From Acidimicrobiia bacterium (GTDB lineage: Bacteria > Actinomycetota > Acidimicrobiia > Spongiisociales > UBA5794): DNA of 64,000 nt. Shown here in pieces: positions 62,313 to 64,000 of the stretch (positions within the stretch are counted from its first letter, which is position 1; every line of letters starts with the position of its first letter). The notes below the pieces were generated by a model, which was not told the DNA's origin, made no database searches, and saw only the letters and a list, made by a program, of their open reading frames with translations. The translations under genes were made by a program, and so were the position numbers. Where the stretch lies: contig JAOZRW010000007.1 of the NCBI GenBank assembly GCA_029939995.1, positions 15,329-79,328 on the forward strand, in the 5' to 3' direction.

Positions 62313-63719
62313 ATGGAGTCGCCACGCACCCTCTTCGACAAAGTATGGGACGACCACGTCGTCCTCACCGATGACGACGGCGTCGATCTGCTGTTCATCG
62401 ACCTGCACCTCGTTCACGAGGTCACGTCGCCCCAGGCGTTCGAAGCACTCGACATCGCCGGCCGGGCCGTCCACCGGCCGGATCTGACGCTGGCGACGAT
62501 CGATCACGGCGTCCCGACCGCCGACCGTGAACTCGGCATCCTCGACCCTCTCTCGAAGAAGCAGATCGACACGCTGATCGCGAACTGCGAGCGCACCGGC
62601 ATCGAGCTCTTCGACATCAGCGACCCCAGATCCGGGATCGTTCACGTCATCGGCCCCGAGCAGGGGCTGACACAGCCGGGCATGACGATCGTGTGCGGCG
62701 ACTCGCACACCGCTACCCATGGAGCCTTCGGGGCGCTGGCGATCGGTATCGGAACGTCGCAGGTCGAGCACGTGCTCGCCACGCAGACGCTGTCGCAGCC
62801 CAAACCGAAGTCGATGTCGATCACCGTCGACGGCACGCTCCCCGCGGGCGTGACCCCGAAGGACGTGATCCTGGGGATCATCGCACGGATCGGGTTCAAC
62901 GGCGGTGGCGGCCATGTGATCGAGTACCGGGGCAGCGTGTTCGAAGACATGTCGATGGAAGGCCGGATGACGGTCTGCAACATGTCGATCGAGGCCGGGG
63001 CGCGGGCCGGGATGATCGCTCCGGACGAAACGACGTTCGACTACCTCCGGGGACGGCCGCACGCACCGACGGGGCCGGATTGGGACGCCGCCGTCGAGTA
63101 CTGGCGAACGCTCGCCACCGATCCGGGAGCGACCTTCGACATCGAAGTGGTGATCGACGCGGCCGATCTCGCCCCCTACGTCTCGTGGGGAACGAACCCG
63201 TCGCAGACGATCCGGATCACCGACATGATCCCGGATCCGGAGTCGTTCGACGATCCCCACGACCGGGACGCCGCACGCCGCGCCCTTGCATACATGGATC
63301 TCGAGGCGGGAACGCCGATCACGGACGTCCCCGTGGACGTCGTGTTCCTCGGATCATGCACGAACGCGAGGATCGAAGATCTCCGGGCCGCCGCAGCCGT
63401 CGTCGACGGGCATCGGGTCGCCGACGGTGTGCGGGCACTCGTCGTGCCCGGCTCGGGCCTCGTGAAGCTCCAGGCGGAAGAGGAGGGACTCGACGAGATC
63501 TTCCTCGATGCGGGATTCGAATGGCGCGACGCCGGCTGCTCGATGTGCCTCGGGATGAACCCCGACATCCTCCAGCCGGGAGAGCGGTGCGCCTCGACGT
63601 CCAACCGGAACTTCGAGGGACGGCAGGGACGCGACGGGCGCACCCACCTGGTCAGCCCCGCGATGGCAGCCGCTGCGGCGATCGAAGGCCGCTTCGTCGA
63701 CATCCGGGGGTGGTCCTGA
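62313..63719 (+). CDS. leuC: 3-isopropylmalate dehydratase large subunit
   Basis: Start trimmed to ATG 62313 ([17 protein letters not shown]). Motifs [18 protein letters not shown] and CSMCLGMN (Fe-S ligands). Confidence 0.95.
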   Translation: MESPRTLFDKVWDDHVVLTDDDGVDLLFIDLHLVHEVTSPQAFEALDIAGRAVHRPDLTLATIDHGVPTADRELGILDPLSKKQIDTLIANCERTGIELFDISDPRSGIVHVIGPEQGLTQPGMTIVCGDSHTATHGAFGALAIGIGTSQVEHVLATQTLSQPKPKSMSITVDGTLPAGVTPKDVILGIIARIGFNGGGGHVIEYRGSVFEDMSMEGRMTVCNMSIEAGARAGMIAPDETTFDYLRGRPHAPTGPDWDAAVEYWRTLATDPGATFDIEVVIDAADLAPYVSWGTNPSQTIRITDMIPDPESFDDPHDRDAARRALAYMDLEAGTPITDVPVDVVFLGSCTNARIEDLRAAAAVVDGHRVADGVRALVVPGSGLVKLQAEEEGLDEIFLDAGFEWRDAGCSMCLGMNPDILQPGERCASTSNRNFEGRQGRDGRTHLVSPAMAAAAAIEGRFVDIRGWS

Positions 63720-64000
63720 TGCAACCCGTCACCGTCATCACCGGGCAGATGGCCCCCTTGCCGCGCGCCAACGTCGACACCGATCAGATCATCCCGAAGC
63801 AGTTCCTCAAACGGGTCGAGCGCTCCGGTTTCGGGCCGTTCCTGTTCTGGGATTGGGCACAGGATGCAGAGGGGGAGCTCGATCCGGAGTTCATCCTCAA
63901 CCGCCCCGAGTATGCGAACGCCGTCGTGCTCGTCTCCGGACCGAACTTCGGATCCGGATCGTCGCGGGAGCACGCACCGTGGGCGATCGAGGACCGCGGG
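63719..64000 (+). CDS. leuD: 3-isopropylmalate dehydratase small subunit, partial (runs off the right edge)
   Basis: [39 protein letters not shown]...[16 protein letters not shown]. The ATG shares 1 nt with the leuC TGA. Confidence 0.9.
   Translation, partial: MQPVTVITGQMAPLPRANVDTDQIIPKQFLKRVERSGFGPFLFWDWAQDAEGELDPEFILNRPEYANAVVLVSGPNFGSGSSREHAPWAIEDRG

Noticed and set aside
1-64000. CRISPR arrays, rRNA genes, IS elements or transposases, and toxin-antitoxin pairs.
   Set aside because: No spaced direct-repeat arrays, no transposase- or integrase-like ORFs, and no small paired ORFs with TA-like features were seen on either strand.

Overview
High-GC chromosomal window (hand counts of single 60-nt lines give 40-45 G+C of 60). 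The proteins look actinobacterial, but the lineage is not determinable by eye. About 65 coding regions are supported and most lie on the minus strand. Many neighbours share 1-nt or 4-nt stop/start overlaps (ATGA, GTGA, TGATG), which I used to trim the many over-extended ORF-track entries. The backbone is housekeeping. From memory, its order resembles the Mycobacterium tuberculosis radA/disA ... clpC1-lysS-coaX-panC-folK-folP-ftsH-hpt-tilS ... topA ... flp-pilus-HAD region.

Core genes called: disA (partial), radA, clpC, lysS, coaX, panC, folK, folP, ftsH, hpt, tilS, holB, tmk, topA, leuCD.

Blocks interleaved with the backbone:
- a BMP-family ABC uptake operon
- cydABDC
- a sigH/rshA-type ECF sigma / ZAS anti-sigma pair with a textbook GGAAT-N18-GTT promoter; the same motif sits upstream of clpC
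- tRNA-Thr(CGT), followed by an SGNH hydrolase and a translationally coupled pair of MutS-domain ATPases
- a PimB-like GT4 gene plus a tandem histidine-phosphatase gene with no canonical start codon
- an H+-pyrophosphatase
- a trkA-trkA-(48-codon sORF)-trkH operon
- an LCP lipoprotein
- a Tad/Flp-type pilus cluster
- an ArsR-MFS pair

The best candidate for something undescribed is an AT-richer segment at about 49.9-54.9 kb. It carries a tightly coupled HPt-REC-REC / TM-HEAT / processive GT2 synthase operon, plus a divergent lipoprotein and a tandem-domain secreted protein.

Other notable points:
- a Cys-less phosphatase-fold gene sits in the folB slot of the folate operon
- DisA has substitutions in both DAC signature motifs
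- the CpaE-like pilus protein has a degenerate P-loop

No CRISPR array, rRNA, transposase or integrase was seen. All family assignments come from motif recognition by eye. No database search was run.
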